Assembly (NCBI RefSeq): GCF_000372725.1
Contig: NW_005201192.1
Location: forward strand, 558,001-622,000
DNA length: 64,000 bases
Origin: Emiliania huxleyi CCMP1516
Taxonomy: Eukaryota
Direction of reading: 5' to 3'
Shown: in pieces, positions 13,210 to 24,179 of the stretch
How positions within the stretch are numbered: position 1 is the first letter of the stretch
Layout of the letters: each line of letters begins with the position of its first letter
The notes under the pieces: model-generated
Told to the model about the DNA's origin: nothing
Databases searched by the model: none
Seen by the model: the letters and a program-made list of their open reading frames with translations, nothing else
Program-made: the position numbers and the translations under genes

Positions 13210-14235
13210 ATGGCGTCCTGCTCCGTCAATCTCGACAGGGCCCGCACGCTCTTCCTGCAGGCCGCTCCGGTGGACGCCGTGGTGCGTGCGTGCGCCGGGC
13301 ACGAGACTGAGGCGGGGCAGCGCGCTCTTGCCATGATGGTGGTCGCCGAGCCAGCGCAGCGCCTGTGCCGGAGCTACCGGCGTCGCGTGCTGCGGGCGCT
13401 GCTGCGCTCTCTCGACGGGCACGAGATCGACGAGGGGCTGGTGGTGGAGTACCTCGCCGCCGACTCGGCGGGCGGGCCGGAGCCTCCCCCTCCGTCGGGG
13501 GTCACCTTTGAGATAAGCGGCTCGCGGCTGTTCCTCGAGACGAGCGACGCCTTTGGCGGCGGCGTCGAGACCAGCGGCCGACTGTGGCCAGCGGCGCCCG
13601 CGCTGGCCGCCTGGCTCCACGCCCACGCCGCGCAGCTGACCGCTGCGAGAGTGCTCGAGCTGGGCGCAGGTCCGGGCCTGTGCGGCCTCGCTCTCGCCTG
13701 CTGCGCCGAGGCGGAGCGCGTCACCCTGACCGACCTCGTGCCCGACGCGCTCCGCCGCCTCTCCTCGAGCGCCGCCGCCCTCGCGCCGCGCCTCTCCGGC
13801 CGCGTCTCTGTCGAGGCGCTCGACTGGCGCGACAACGAGTGGCGCGCCTGCGAGGCTGCTCTCCCCTCGCAACCACCGGCGGGCGCAGGCGGTGAGCGGC
13901 GCGTCGACCTCGTCATCGCCAGCGACGTGGCGTACGACCCGCTCCTGCTCCGACACCTCTGCGACACGATTGGCGCGGTGCTGAGAGTCTCGACCGCCGC
14001 AGCGCCGGCGCCCGCCCGCCCGCCGCGCGCGTGGCTGGTGGTGGAGCGGCGGAGCGAGGAGACGTTCGCGGCGCTCGCGGAGGCGCTTGCGGCGGCCGGC
14101 CTCGAGGTGTGCGACCGGAGCGAGCGGCTGCGTCGGGTGTGCGAGGCGCAGCTCACCTTTTACTGCGCGGAGGAGTCACTCCCTCGGATGATGCTACTCG
14201 AGTTGACGGCACCGCGCCTAAAAGAACTCGCGTGA
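13210..14235 (+). CDS. SAM-dependent protein methyltransferase, family 16 (METTL21/EEF2KMT-like)
   Basis: TSGRLWPAAPALA, VLELGAGPGLCG, VTLTD, LDW and DLVIASDVAY motifs. Intronless and divergent from the beta-galactosidase. Confidence 0.88.
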   Translation: MASCSVNLDRARTLFLQAAPVDAVVRACAGHETEAGQRALAMMVVAEPAQRLCRSYRRRVLRALLRSLDGHEIDEGLVVEYLAADSAGGPEPPPPSGVTFEISGSRLFLETSDAFGGGVETSGRLWPAAPALAAWLHAHAAQLTAARVLELGAGPGLCGLALACCAEAERVTLTDLVPDALRRLSSSAAALAPRLSGRVSVEALDWRDNEWRACEAALPSQPPAGAGGERRVDLVIASDVAYDPLLLRHLCDTIGAVLRVSTAAAPAPARPPRAWLVVERRSEETFAALAEALAAAGLEVCDRSERLRRVCEAQLTFYCAEESLPRMMLLELTAPRLKELA

Positions 14236-14569
14236 CGTTGTAGCACATGCACCCACACATATCTTGCTCACTGTACTACGTCGCATGTGCGCGCGCACGC
14301 GGCATACGGATTTCGCTGAGTTTCTTTTCGTGGCCGCTCGAGCGCCCCCCGTCGGGTCGCGAAGACGGAAGACTAACCCCCCCCCCGAGGCCGAGCGCGT
14401 TTTTGATCGCTCTCTCGGGACTCGGCTGGGGGTGTGTCAGTATTACTACAGTATACGGTACTGGGCGCCCGCCCGCCCCTCTGAGGGTGTCGGCCCCCCC
14501 TAGACTGAAAACAAAAATAAAATGTGGAACCGTCAAAAACAGCCTGCGAGAGCGGCGCTGCGCGCCGCC

Positions 14570-15653
14570 TACCTCGTGCGGGTCGTGAGTGACCCCCACA
14601 CGACCACGGCATCCCAAAACATGGAAAAGTAGACCACATAGTGAGCGGCTTCTGCATCTGCTTCAAGTACTTTGTGGCTGTGTCCATCGCGGCGGCCGAC
14701 CGCCTTTGGCGAGGCGTCGCCTCCGATCCAGATTAGCAGAGCCGGGCCGTATCGCACAGGAAGACCGGTCGCTCGTGTCGAGCATGCCGAGGGTGAGGTC
14801 GCCGCGGCCGACCTCGCTCATCCCCAGCGAGCCGTCCGCGTCCGAGAGCTGGAACAGCACGCCCTCGCCAACCTCCACTGGCTCTGGCAGCACGATGGCG
14901 CCCTCTCCGCCCAAGGCTGCCCAGAATCCGTCGTCGATCTCGTGCGTCACGGCCGAGCCGCCGTGTCGCGTGCTCTCGAGCGCCTCGGCCGCCATGTTTG
15001 CCATCTGCGCTTCGAACGGGCTGCACTCGTCGCCTTTCCACACGTAGATGCTGGCTCCGGCGTCGAGGATGAAGCAATCTCCATGGTTGAGGGAGTCGCG
15101 GGCACACGCCACCTCAATCACGTTGGTCTGCCTCCCCACCTTCGTCAGCCCTGCCCTAACGAAAATTTTTCACAATATCGCAACCGCGATACCGCGCGAT
15201 ATTTGGCGATAAAATGCGATAAATGGCGATGTTGTGCGATGCTCGCGATCACGCGAGCCCTTCACGCGCGGCGCCGATGGCAGTCCTGGGCGCCGAAAGT
15301 GCGAGAAAGGTGGCTGCGGGTGGGCGGCGGGAAGCGCGACCGGAAAACAAAGAAATGCTGGCCCGTCACCGTCACCGCCGCCGGGGCGAGGGTGCGCGAT
15401 AGTGCGCGATATTGCGCGATATTGCGCGATATTGCGCGATATTAGGCGATAATCGGCGATCATTCACGATATACAGAAAATTTCCGCTAGAGCAGGGATT
15501 TCGTCACCTGGACCAGGTGGTCCAGGTCCTGGAGCAGCTTGGCGGCGTAGTGCCCGCCTCGACGTGGTTGAAGCCGGAATCGATGCCTCCCTTGAGGTAG
15601 GCGATGCGCGGGAAGAGAGCGCGAAACTCTTTGCTCTCGTGCATCAGCACCGT
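14570..15653 (-). pseudogene. Gelsolin/severin-like pseudogene fragment
   Basis: HESKEFRALFPRIAYLKGGIDSGFNHV (15560-15650), then SLNHGDCFILDAGASIYVWKG and LLIWIGGDAS. Frameshifts near 15552 and ~14700, a MITE insertion, and a missing 5' part. Confidence 0.8.
15148..15499. mobile_element. MITE with ~21-bp imperfect TIRs and 7-bp TSD (TTCGTCA)
   Basis: Left end ccctgccctaacgaaaatttt and right end aaaatttccgctagagcaggg are reverse complements (18/21). TTCGTCA at 15141-15147 and 15500-15506. Internal (attgcgcgat)n repeats. Confidence 0.85.
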
Positions 15654-15675
15654 GAGCTACAGTCTGTTGCGGGCA

Positions 15676-16394
15676 TTAAGGTGCCTCGGGCCAGTTGGGG
15701 GGGCAAACCCTGCCCGCCCCCTAGCGCCCCAGGTAAGGCCCAGGTGTGGCCTAGGGCATCAGAAGGGACCAAGAGGAGTCCAGTCTGAGCCATTGAGCCC
15801 ATGCTCCAAGTGCTCCATGTCTTTGCCCCCGAAGGTCGTGTTCAAATGCCCGGAACGGACGTTACAGTGGTGTCCGGCCGGCGCGATCACCGAGCTGTGA
15901 CGCTCAGGGAAGCCTGATGAGGTACTAGTTTCTTTGCCCAGGCCTGGCCTACGACCCATGCTGGATCAGCTGAGCAAGGTTTGGGGAGAATCCCCCGGAC
16001 AGATCTTCAGATATTTTGACGGACGACCGAAAATGGGCAAAAACGGGGTGATTTTGGTCATCCGTCAAAATATCTGAAGATCTGAATGGGTAATTCTCCC
16101 CAAACCTTGCTCAGCTGATCCAGCATGGGTCGTAGGCCAGGCCTGGGCAAAGAAACTAGTACCTCATCAGGCTTCCCTGAGCGTCACAGCTCGGTGATCG
16201 CGCCGGCCGGACACCACTGTGACGTCCGTTCCGGGCATTTGAACACGACCTTCGGGGGCAAAGACATGGGCTCTATGGCTCAGACTGGACTCCTCTTGGT
16301 CCCTTCTGATGCCCTAGGCCACACCTGGGCCTTACCCGGGGTTCTAGGGGGCGGGCTGGGTTTGCCCCCCCCCAACTGGCCCGAGGCACATTAA
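15676..16394. mobile_element. Foldback-type element: near-perfect palindrome with ~350-bp arms, flanked by TTAA
   Basis: The arms are reverse complements (ttaaggtgcctcgggccagttggggggg ... cccccccaactggcccgaggcacattaa) with a short loop near 16034-16050. The same peptide ORF appears on both strands. Confidence 0.9.
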
Positions 16395-16662
16395 TTAAGA
16401 AACCTTACCATTAATTAAGAAAGAAGAAGAGACCCTACCAAGCGATTTCCGCAAAAATCTAAGAAACCACGGCGCGCCGCAGGCGCGGCCCCAAGAAAGG
16501 GCCCACACACGCACGAGATCTGGGAGGAAGAATGGCGAGAGAATGGCGGGAGAATATCTCGCAAATGAACAGCGAGGGCGCATTGAAAACATTAACAAAT
16601 CTTCGGTATTCATCTAGGCACCCTCGCTCGCGTGTCACTGTCGCGCACGCAGGCGACCACAC

Positions 16663-19075
16663 ATGTGGCGTTCTGCCGCCTGTGGCGCTGCCGTGGCAGC
16701 TGGCACCATCATCCTCGCTCAGAGGTGGTCGCGGCGGCGGTGCGAGGACGCCGAGGACGCCGCCTTCGAAGGCGTGCTGCGGTTCTGGTTTGAGGGCGAC
16801 GGCACCTCCGACCTGTACGCCACGCGTTGGTTCGTGCCGCCTGGGTCTGCGGCTCTGCATCGCCTCGACGAGGAGGTGCGCGCACGCTTCGGCGCTACGC
16901 TCGGGCGGGCCGAGCGGGGCGAGCTGGACCACTGGGCGGCTTCGGCACGCGGCTGCCTCGCGCTCGTCCTCCTCCTCGATCAGCTCTCGCGCCACGCGCA
17001 CCGAGGCGACGGCGGCGCGGTCCTCGCAAACGATGCGCGCGCGCTCGTGCTGGCCGAGCGGCTCCTCGCTCGCGGGTGGCACACGCAGCTGCGGGCGGCC
17101 GAGCTCGTCTTTGCTCTGATGCCGCTCCGCCACTCGCCGACCGCCGAGCGGCTGGAGCAGGCGATGGACCTGACTGGCGCGGCGCTCCGCACGCGCGAGG
17201 CGGAGGCGGCGACGCTCGCGCGCTTCCGCCGCGCGACCGAGCTGCGGCTGCAGCACCTGCAGGGCGACGGCGACCCGCACGACATCCTCGAGAGGGACGA
17301 CCGCGAGGCGGCCCTCGACCAGACCGGCGCCGCCTCGGAGCCGCTCGCCGCCACCGTCGAGCGCTTCCTCCGCGACACCGCCTTCTGCGATGCGGACGGG
17401 ACGCCGCCGCCGCCGCCCCCGTCTGCGCAGACAGACAGCGGTGACCGGGTGGTCTCGGCAGCCAAGCGCTGCGAGGCGGAACGACCCAGAGACGGAGCCG
17501 GCGGCGCGGCTGCCGATGCCGCGGCTGCCGATGCCACCCGCGCGGCGCGGGACGACGAGGCGCTCATCGTCTCGCTCTCGGGGGGCGTGGACTCGATGGT
17601 GCTCGCGCACGTGCTGCTGCGGCTGCAGCCGCGCCACCGGCGGCGCGTCTGCGCGGTGCACATCGACTACACGAACCGCGCCGAGAGCGGCGCCGAGGCG
17701 GCCTTCCTGCAGCGGTGGTGTGCGGCGCGCGGCGTGCCGCTGCGCGTGCGCACGGTGGAGGAGGTGCGGCGCGGCGCCACCTCGCGAGACGAGTACGAGA
17801 AGGTGAGCCGCGCGGTCCGCTTCGACGCGTACCGGCAGGCGCTGGCTCAGTTCGGCGGCCGCGCCGTCCTGTTTGGGCACCACCTGGGCGACGTGCACGA
17901 GAACGTCATCTCGAACGTGATGAAGGGCGCCTCGCTGCTCAACATCGCGGGCATCTCCACCGCCTCGGCCGTCAACGGCGTCCTCATCTGGCGCCCGATG
18001 CTGCCGCACCCAAAGTCGCTCCTCTACGACTACGCGCACCGGTACGGCGTCCCCTACTTCAAGGACAGCACGCCCGGCTGGTCGACGCGCGGCAGGCTGC
18101 GCAACCAGCTGCAGCCGCTGCTCGCAGAGGTGTACGGCGAGGGGTACAGCACGCACCTCTCCGCCCTCGCGCGCGACTCGGCCCTCTGCAGCGAGCTGAT
18201 CGACTCGCAGCTGTACGCGCCCTTCCGGAGCAGCCTCCGCCGCTCGCCGCTCGCCGTCTGGTTCGACGCGGCGGGGCGCGCGGCCCTGCCGCTCTTCTTC
18301 TGGCGCGAGGCGCTGCGGCACGTGTGCGAGAAGGAGCTCGGCATCGGCCTCGTCGGCGAAAAGGCGGTGCTGCAGCTCCTCGAGCGGCTGCGCGCGCCGC
18401 GCGTGCGGGAGGGGTGGCTCGCGCTCCGCAAGGAGAGCCGCGTGCTGCTCGCGGCAGGCACTCTCGCCTTCCTCCGCCCGAGCGTCTTCCCAGGCGCGCG
18501 AAGAGGACGAGGCCTTATCGGGGTCCAGCTCGCGCGGGGCGGGGCGGGGTGGGGCGGGGCGGGGCGGGGGGCGGGAGGGGGTGGAGGGATGCGCCGCGGC
18601 TCGCCCTCGCCCTCGCGGCGAGCCCCGTCGCTTGCCCCCCGCCGCAGGCCACCACGAGGGGCGTCTCTGGGTCCGCACGCCGCACATGCAGCCGGGCGAG
18701 GCGGTGCCGGCGCCGCCCGCCGACGCGGTTAGGGGTCCGACGATCAGCTTTGGGCCATGGCGGGTGCGCATCACGCGCTGCGCGCAGGGCTCGTCCCTCG
18801 GTCCCGGCGCAGACACGAGCGACGTGGCGCGGCCCGCCGCGGCTCTGGGCCTATGGGAGGTGCTCTCGGGGCGATTCGCATACGTGCTTCCCGTGCACGA
18901 ACGGTACGCTATTGGCTCGACTGACCGAGTCGTAGTGCCGGCGCTTCGCGCGCTCGGCAAGGCTTGGCAGGCTCTCGTACTCGCCACGCCGCAAGTGGTC
19001 GGCTGCGGCGCCGAGATGGGTGGGCGGGCGGCAGTCACTGTTGAGGTTTGGTTCGTTGCACCGGAGCGAGCCTGA
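16663..19075 (+). CDS. DUF924-like N-terminus fused to a TilS/PP-loop ATPase (tRNA(Ile)-lysidine synthase-like); exons 16663-18493 and 18648-19075
   Basis: VLRFWF...RWF...D.EVRARF...LALVLLLDQLSR...FALMPLRHS (DUF924-like). SLSGGVDS, HIDY, GHHLGD..EN and IWRPML (TilS-like). A GC-AG intron 18494-18647 restores the frame. Confidence 0.82.
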
Positions 19076-19474
19076 CCCCAGTTTCCCCCCGATATTGAGA
19101 TACAAACACTGTACACGGTGATGGGAGAGAGTAGCAAAGGACAGCGATGGAAAAAATAACCCAACACAGATGTGATGGCAGTTCAACCATCTGGCATCTC
19201 TGGGCGTTCTGCGGCATCTGGGCACACGCGTTTATCAGACAGCCGGCGTCGACGAAGTAGACCGTGCGAGCGACCGCGAGAGGAGACGAGAGTACCAGAG
19301 TGAGAGCGTGCGTGATGGCAAGAGACGGGAAGGGCGCTGGACGCCCACCAGTAGACAAGTCTCGTCCGACCTCGTCCTCTAAAGTCGGCCCATCCCAACG
19401 GCCCGCAGAGATGCGCGCCCGGCCGCTCCTGCAATAGCGGTCTGGCCTCAGGGTAGCGTCCCAAAGCATTGAAG

Positions 19475-20838
19475 TTAAGCTTTGCCCGTAAAGGTCCCGG
19501 TTTTTTTATTTTGCTCTCTCATCTTCTTGACGTAGGCTGCCAGTCCTTTATCGATTGTCAACTTCGCTTCCGCCGCAGGCTTCCCGGCGGTCGCGGGTGG
19601 CAAGGCTGACGACACGGCGTCCGCTGCAGCCGCCACAGCGCCATCCGCAGCGGTTGTCGCATCCTTCGCGGCGTCCGTCACCACGTCCGTTGCAGTAGTC
19701 ACCGCGTCCGTCGCAGCCCCTGCAGCCATGGCGCTGAAGTCGAAATCCCCCCGCGAGGTGGTATTGACGGTCGACAGACCACGCTCGGATGACTTGCCGC
19801 CGCAGAAGCCCTGGATGCACTGCTGCGCGTTGGGCGCCATGTTCTTCAGGCACGAGATGCCGGCGTCTTTGGCACCTGAGATCCGACGGGCGCACATCTT
19901 GCCGTTCTCTCCAAACTTGGCGTCGCAGTCCTTTGCCAGCTTGCGGCCCCACTTGACGTTTTCGATGTCCCACTGTGAGGGGTGGGGTGGGGGGGCGTGG
20001 TCGTGAGCGGGTGGCGGCGCGTGTGCGGCGCGCGCGGAGTGCGGCGCACGTCGCCAAGCATGTAATCGATATCGTCAAACTTGTCGGCGATCTGATCATC
20101 TGACATGACGCCGATGCCCCTCTCCATCGATGAGGGGATCGCGTCAAGCCCCTTCGAGACGTCGATGTCATTGTCGGAGAGGATCGACGTTGCCACTTTC
20201 GGCAGCTTCGCAAGCGCCCCGGTCAGGTCCGGGAGGTTTTCGACGCTTATCTCTGGGAAGCTGCCACTCGCCGCCAGCTCCTTGAGCTTGTCCACGACCC
20301 CGTCGACGTCCCTGGACTTGAGGGTGGCGACGAGATCCTCGTCGCCGAGCGACTTCAGGATGTTTTCTTTAATATCCTCGAGGGCAAACCCATCGGAGAC
20401 GGTCTTCATCAGCTCCGATGGGTCCAGGCCTTCGAGCACGCTGACATTGATGTCATTCTCCTCGAAAGCTTTGAGCACATCTTCTTTCCACTTCTCTGGA
20501 TCCCCGACGTCGATGCTCCTGACCTGCTTCTCCAGCTCGCCCAGGGACAGTTCCGGCATGTCCAGGTCCAGCTTGCTCGCCACGTCGGCAACTGCCTTCT
20601 GTATGTCGGACATGTCGCCAAAGTTCTCGGTGAGGATCGTCCCCGCGTCCCCCAAAAACTGCTGCGCGCTCGAGAACGCGCCACTGTAGTCGCCGCTCGT
20701 AAACGCTTCCTTCAGATCCTCAGTGCCCGGAATGTTGCCCCGCATCAAATCATCTTTCATGGCGGTCACGTCCTTGCCTCCGAACAATTTGCTGGCATTT
20801 TCCTGCAGGCCTTTGAAAAAGTCCTTGAATTTGTCCAT
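19475..20838 (-). CDS. Hypothetical acidic helical protein with a Cys-containing segment; exons 20838-20050 and 19972-19475
   Basis: Long ORF with coding-like codon use. A GT-AG intron (20049-19973) joins ...MLGD to WDIENVKW... in frame. No family recognised. Confidence 0.65.
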
Positions 20839-21499
20839 GATGCGCGCGGCAGCGGAGGCGGTGTGCGACGGCGTCGGGGCCGGCTATTACTCAACAACTA
20901 TTACGTCCTAAGTAGCTGCCGGTCGTCCCGATGCCAGCCCCGGCTTTGAAGGATACCCTCTCCCCTCCTTCGACCCACGCCAAGCAAATCAATCTCTCCC
21001 CCCCATCCCGACGGACGTATGGTTCTTGCACTTGTGCAAGATTGGGCGTCTTCTGCCGCAGTCCCTTTGATGGGAGGCCCCAGGGTGGGGGCCACCTCGA
21101 ACCCCCGGCCAGGGATTCGAGCGGAGGGTGCCCCGGATTCATCTATCCGTTGGGCCCCGGTACATTCATTAGAACTGATCACTTTGCGCAGCAGCCGTCC
21201 CTTCGCCGATCGTTGCTCCTCCGTCTCTTTGTATCTTCCATACTGCATTTATCAGAAGACTGCCACCGCTCGCTTACGCGACAATTTTCCCAACCAACAA
21301 CAACTCAACCCAACCATCCTACTGCCTCTCCCTTTTTTTCATTAAGCTAAAAGTACGACGAGTAACAAGGGGCGGCCACTGTGAACACTCTGTGCCGGAC
21401 GGACGTCCTCCGTCTGCTGCGCCCGGGCGATCACCTGGCGACACTGGCGACGTTGTCGTCGCCAGCCCGCGGCGATCCAAATCTCTTAGCCACTGCACC

Positions 21500-22504
21500 A
21501 TGCCTTTCTGCATCGGGAGGTGTCCGGCAGCTTGCTGCTCAGGCAAGTCGCAGGCACCTGCCGCCGCGGAAGAAGAAGGCTCGCGCAACGGCAATGCGGC
21601 GCTGCTGGCCGCTTTCTGTGCGCAGCCTGACGATGTCGTGGTCGCCACGCCTCCGAAGAGCGGCTCAACTATCCTGCTCGAAATCTGCCACCTCGTGCGC
21701 ACAAAGGGCACGCGAGTAGCCGGGAGGAGCCAGATCACAGACACGCCATGGATCGACCTGCCGGTGCGGCTCTACCGGGAGCACTGCCCCCCTTGGAGGG
21801 CGCCGCATGATGCCGAGCCGCGCGTGTTCAAAACTCACGGCGGGTGGGGCAAGGTGCGTCGGTGTGGGCCTTGCAGGAAAATCACGTGCTGGCGAGATCC
21901 AGTCGACGTGATGCTCTCCTCCTTCCACTTTATGCTGCCGCTCTCCGGTCTCACGCCCGGCGACGACGTTTCGCTGTCGACTTTCTGTCGCGTCTTCATC
22001 CACGGACATGGGCGATACCTGCGCTCGTACTGCGCCGACCTCATAGAATGGTGGGAGCACAGACACGACCCGGACGTCCTCTTCCTGCTCTTTGATGAGG
22101 TGGTGCAGCACAAACCGGCGGCAATCCGGCGCGTCGCCGCCTTCATGGGCTGCGAGGCGGACGTCGCCCTGGTCGCCCTGGTCGCCAAAATGACGTCGCA
22201 TGCTGCGATGCGAGCGGACCGCGGGCGCTTCAACGACGACGCGCTGCTCGCCCCTTCTCTCTGGCGCCGTCGGGGCGTCGTCCCGGTCGCCTTGGCGGGG
22301 AAGGTTCGCGCCGACGGTGGCATCTCTGGCCAGGGCGCAGAGCAAGTGCCCGCGTGGGCCGTGAAGGAAGTCCAGAGAGTCTGGACGGCAACGGTTGCCA
22401 AGGCCACCGGCCTGACCACGTTCGCCGCTCTGTCCGAGCTGCGCTCGGCCGAGCTGCGACGAGCTCGGAGCAGGAGCGCAGAACGACCCCCTCGGGGAGT
22501 TTGA
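21500..22504 (+). CDS. Sulfotransferase (Sulfotransfer_1, cytosolic SULT-like)
   Basis: 5'-PSB loop DDVVVATPPKSGST, PRVFKTH, 3'-PB RDPVDVMLS, WWEHR..DVLFLLFD and GKVR.GG motifs. Confidence 0.88.
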   Translation: MPFCIGRCPAACCSGKSQAPAAAEEEGSRNGNAALLAAFCAQPDDVVVATPPKSGSTILLEICHLVRTKGTRVAGRSQITDTPWIDLPVRLYREHCPPWRAPHDAEPRVFKTHGGWGKVRRCGPCRKITCWRDPVDVMLSSFHFMLPLSGLTPGDDVSLSTFCRVFIHGHGRYLRSYCADLIEWWEHRHDPDVLFLLFDEVVQHKPAAIRRVAAFMGCEADVALVALVAKMTSHAAMRADRGRFNDDALLAPSLWRRRGVVPVALAGKVRADGGISGQGAEQVPAWAVKEVQRVWTATVAKATGLTTFAALSELRSAELRRARSRSAERPPRGV

Positions 22505-22578
22505 GCCGCTAATAAGCAGCATTTTTTATCGTCGCGTGGACGTGCCCGCCGGTGGAGTACTGCGATGGCTGTGCTGCG

Positions 22579-23607
22579 ATGACACATCAGAGTCCCACCT
22601 TCCACGCGCGGCTGTGCGCTCGCAGCCAGCCAAAAGCACCGCCCTGCGGCCTCATCGTATTCCTGCACATCGAGAGGACTGGCGGCACATGGATTCGCAA
22701 TCGCCTCCGCAGCTGCGAGGGTGGCGTCTGCAGCAATGAGACGTGCAACTTCCCCGCCCACGCTGGTGCATGGCGGATGGCCGACCGCTGCGATCAGCAG
22801 CGCATCCTGCGCGAGCACTGGCAGGGCGTGGCGGGCCTGTCCGGACCGAAGCATGAGTGCCGCACGCGCCATCGCCTCCCGCCGCTGAACGCGTCTCGCT
22901 TTGTCATCGAGATTCACTCGCAGAACTGGCACCTGTGGGATCTGCTCGCTCCGTCCCAGGCCCATGTGCGTGCCCTCTACGAGGCTGCGCAGTGCACTTT
23001 CACCCTCTTCACCATACTCCGGGAGCCGAGGGCGCAGGCGCTGAGCTACTGGAGGCGCTTTGGCCGACGCCCGCATAACGACCGAAGCCTTCACGTTATT
23101 CTCGGGCGCCAGTCTAGTGCGCCTGTGCCTGCGCGAAGAACCAACCAGACCAACTTGCAGCAGCCGCTACCAACCGAGCGCGGCGAGTGCGCGGTGCAAG
23201 AGGCGATCAGCCGCCTCGCGTCGATGGACGTCGTTGGACTCTATGAGCACATGGATACCGCCCTGGCGGCAGTCTCCTCGCGTTCAGGTTTCCAAAGCCT
23301 GCCGCCCTTTGCTCCGAATGCGTGCCGCCAGCTCGCTGGCCAGCCGCGGCCACCGACAGAGAGTCTGCCTTCGAGGACTCGGCCCGCAGCGACGCTGCAC
23401 GGCCGCGCAGCAATGTTGCCCACGGGAGCCTCAAAGGTGGCAGCGACGGCGACGCTCTGCGATGACCGCCTGTACAACTGGGCGCTAGCGAGGCACGCAG
23501 CAGCGGCGGCGAGCCATGCTTCACGTCGCTCGACGGGTCGTGAGACTCCGGCGCCGCCAGCGCAGGCGGCACTCAGACAGCTGTGCAGCGGCTTGCGCCG
23601 TGTGTGA
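22579..23607 (+). CDS. Sulfotransferase family 2-like protein (carbohydrate sulfotransferase-like)
   Basis: IVFLHIERTGGTWI, FTILREP..QALSYW, VVGLYE and D.RLY.WA motifs. The start codon is uncertain. Confidence 0.7.
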   Translation: MTHQSPTFHARLCARSQPKAPPCGLIVFLHIERTGGTWIRNRLRSCEGGVCSNETCNFPAHAGAWRMADRCDQQRILREHWQGVAGLSGPKHECRTRHRLPPLNASRFVIEIHSQNWHLWDLLAPSQAHVRALYEAAQCTFTLFTILREPRAQALSYWRRFGRRPHNDRSLHVILGRQSSAPVPARRTNQTNLQQPLPTERGECAVQEAISRLASMDVVGLYEHMDTALAAVSSRSGFQSLPPFAPNACRQLAGQPRPPTESLPSRTRPAATLHGRAAMLPTGASKVAATATLCDDRLYNWALARHAAAAASHASRRSTGRETPAPPAQAALRQLCSGLRRV

Positions 23608-23826
23608 CTTTTTTCAAGTGTGTACATAGTTACGGCTTTATGCACAGACCTTGTTATTGAGAAAACACCTCCTATGGCGTACACACGATCGTCACACCCG
23701 ACCTCCTCTCTCGGTCGCGCGACGCACAGGGCACAGTGCTATATAAGAGCTCAAGATAGTGGCGCGTCCCCGCAGGCTCGTCCTGCGGGGGCCTCACTCT
23801 TGCGTGCGGCGGCCCCGTGTGTGTCC

Positions 23827-23828
<2 letters not shown>

Positions 23829-23916
<88 letters not shown>
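23829..23916. repeat. (GT)n microsatellite
   Basis: Perfect GT run. Confidence 0.98.
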
Positions 23917-23919
<3 letters not shown>

Positions 23920-24179
23920 CTCGCGCGGAAGGGACGCGTGGTGAGGCACGCCAGCAGAGTTAATAAACCATCCGCGCACAGCACACACAACATGCACACC
24001 AGATCTCCCCGCGCACCTCTCGTGTTGTGCGTCTCTAAACGCACACCGCGGGGTCCCTCTCACGCCGGAAAATCACGCCTCGCGGCGCAAGCCGACTTCC
24101 AAGTGTTATTGCACAGAGCCCCGCCGAGGCTGGGCCACGGCGTGACGAGCGGGGCAAGTGGGGAGGAGGGGCTGCGGGG

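Noticed and set aside
15759..16394. Twin small ORFs MGRRPGLGKE... on opposite strands
   Set aside because: A by-product of the palindrome, with no coding evidence.
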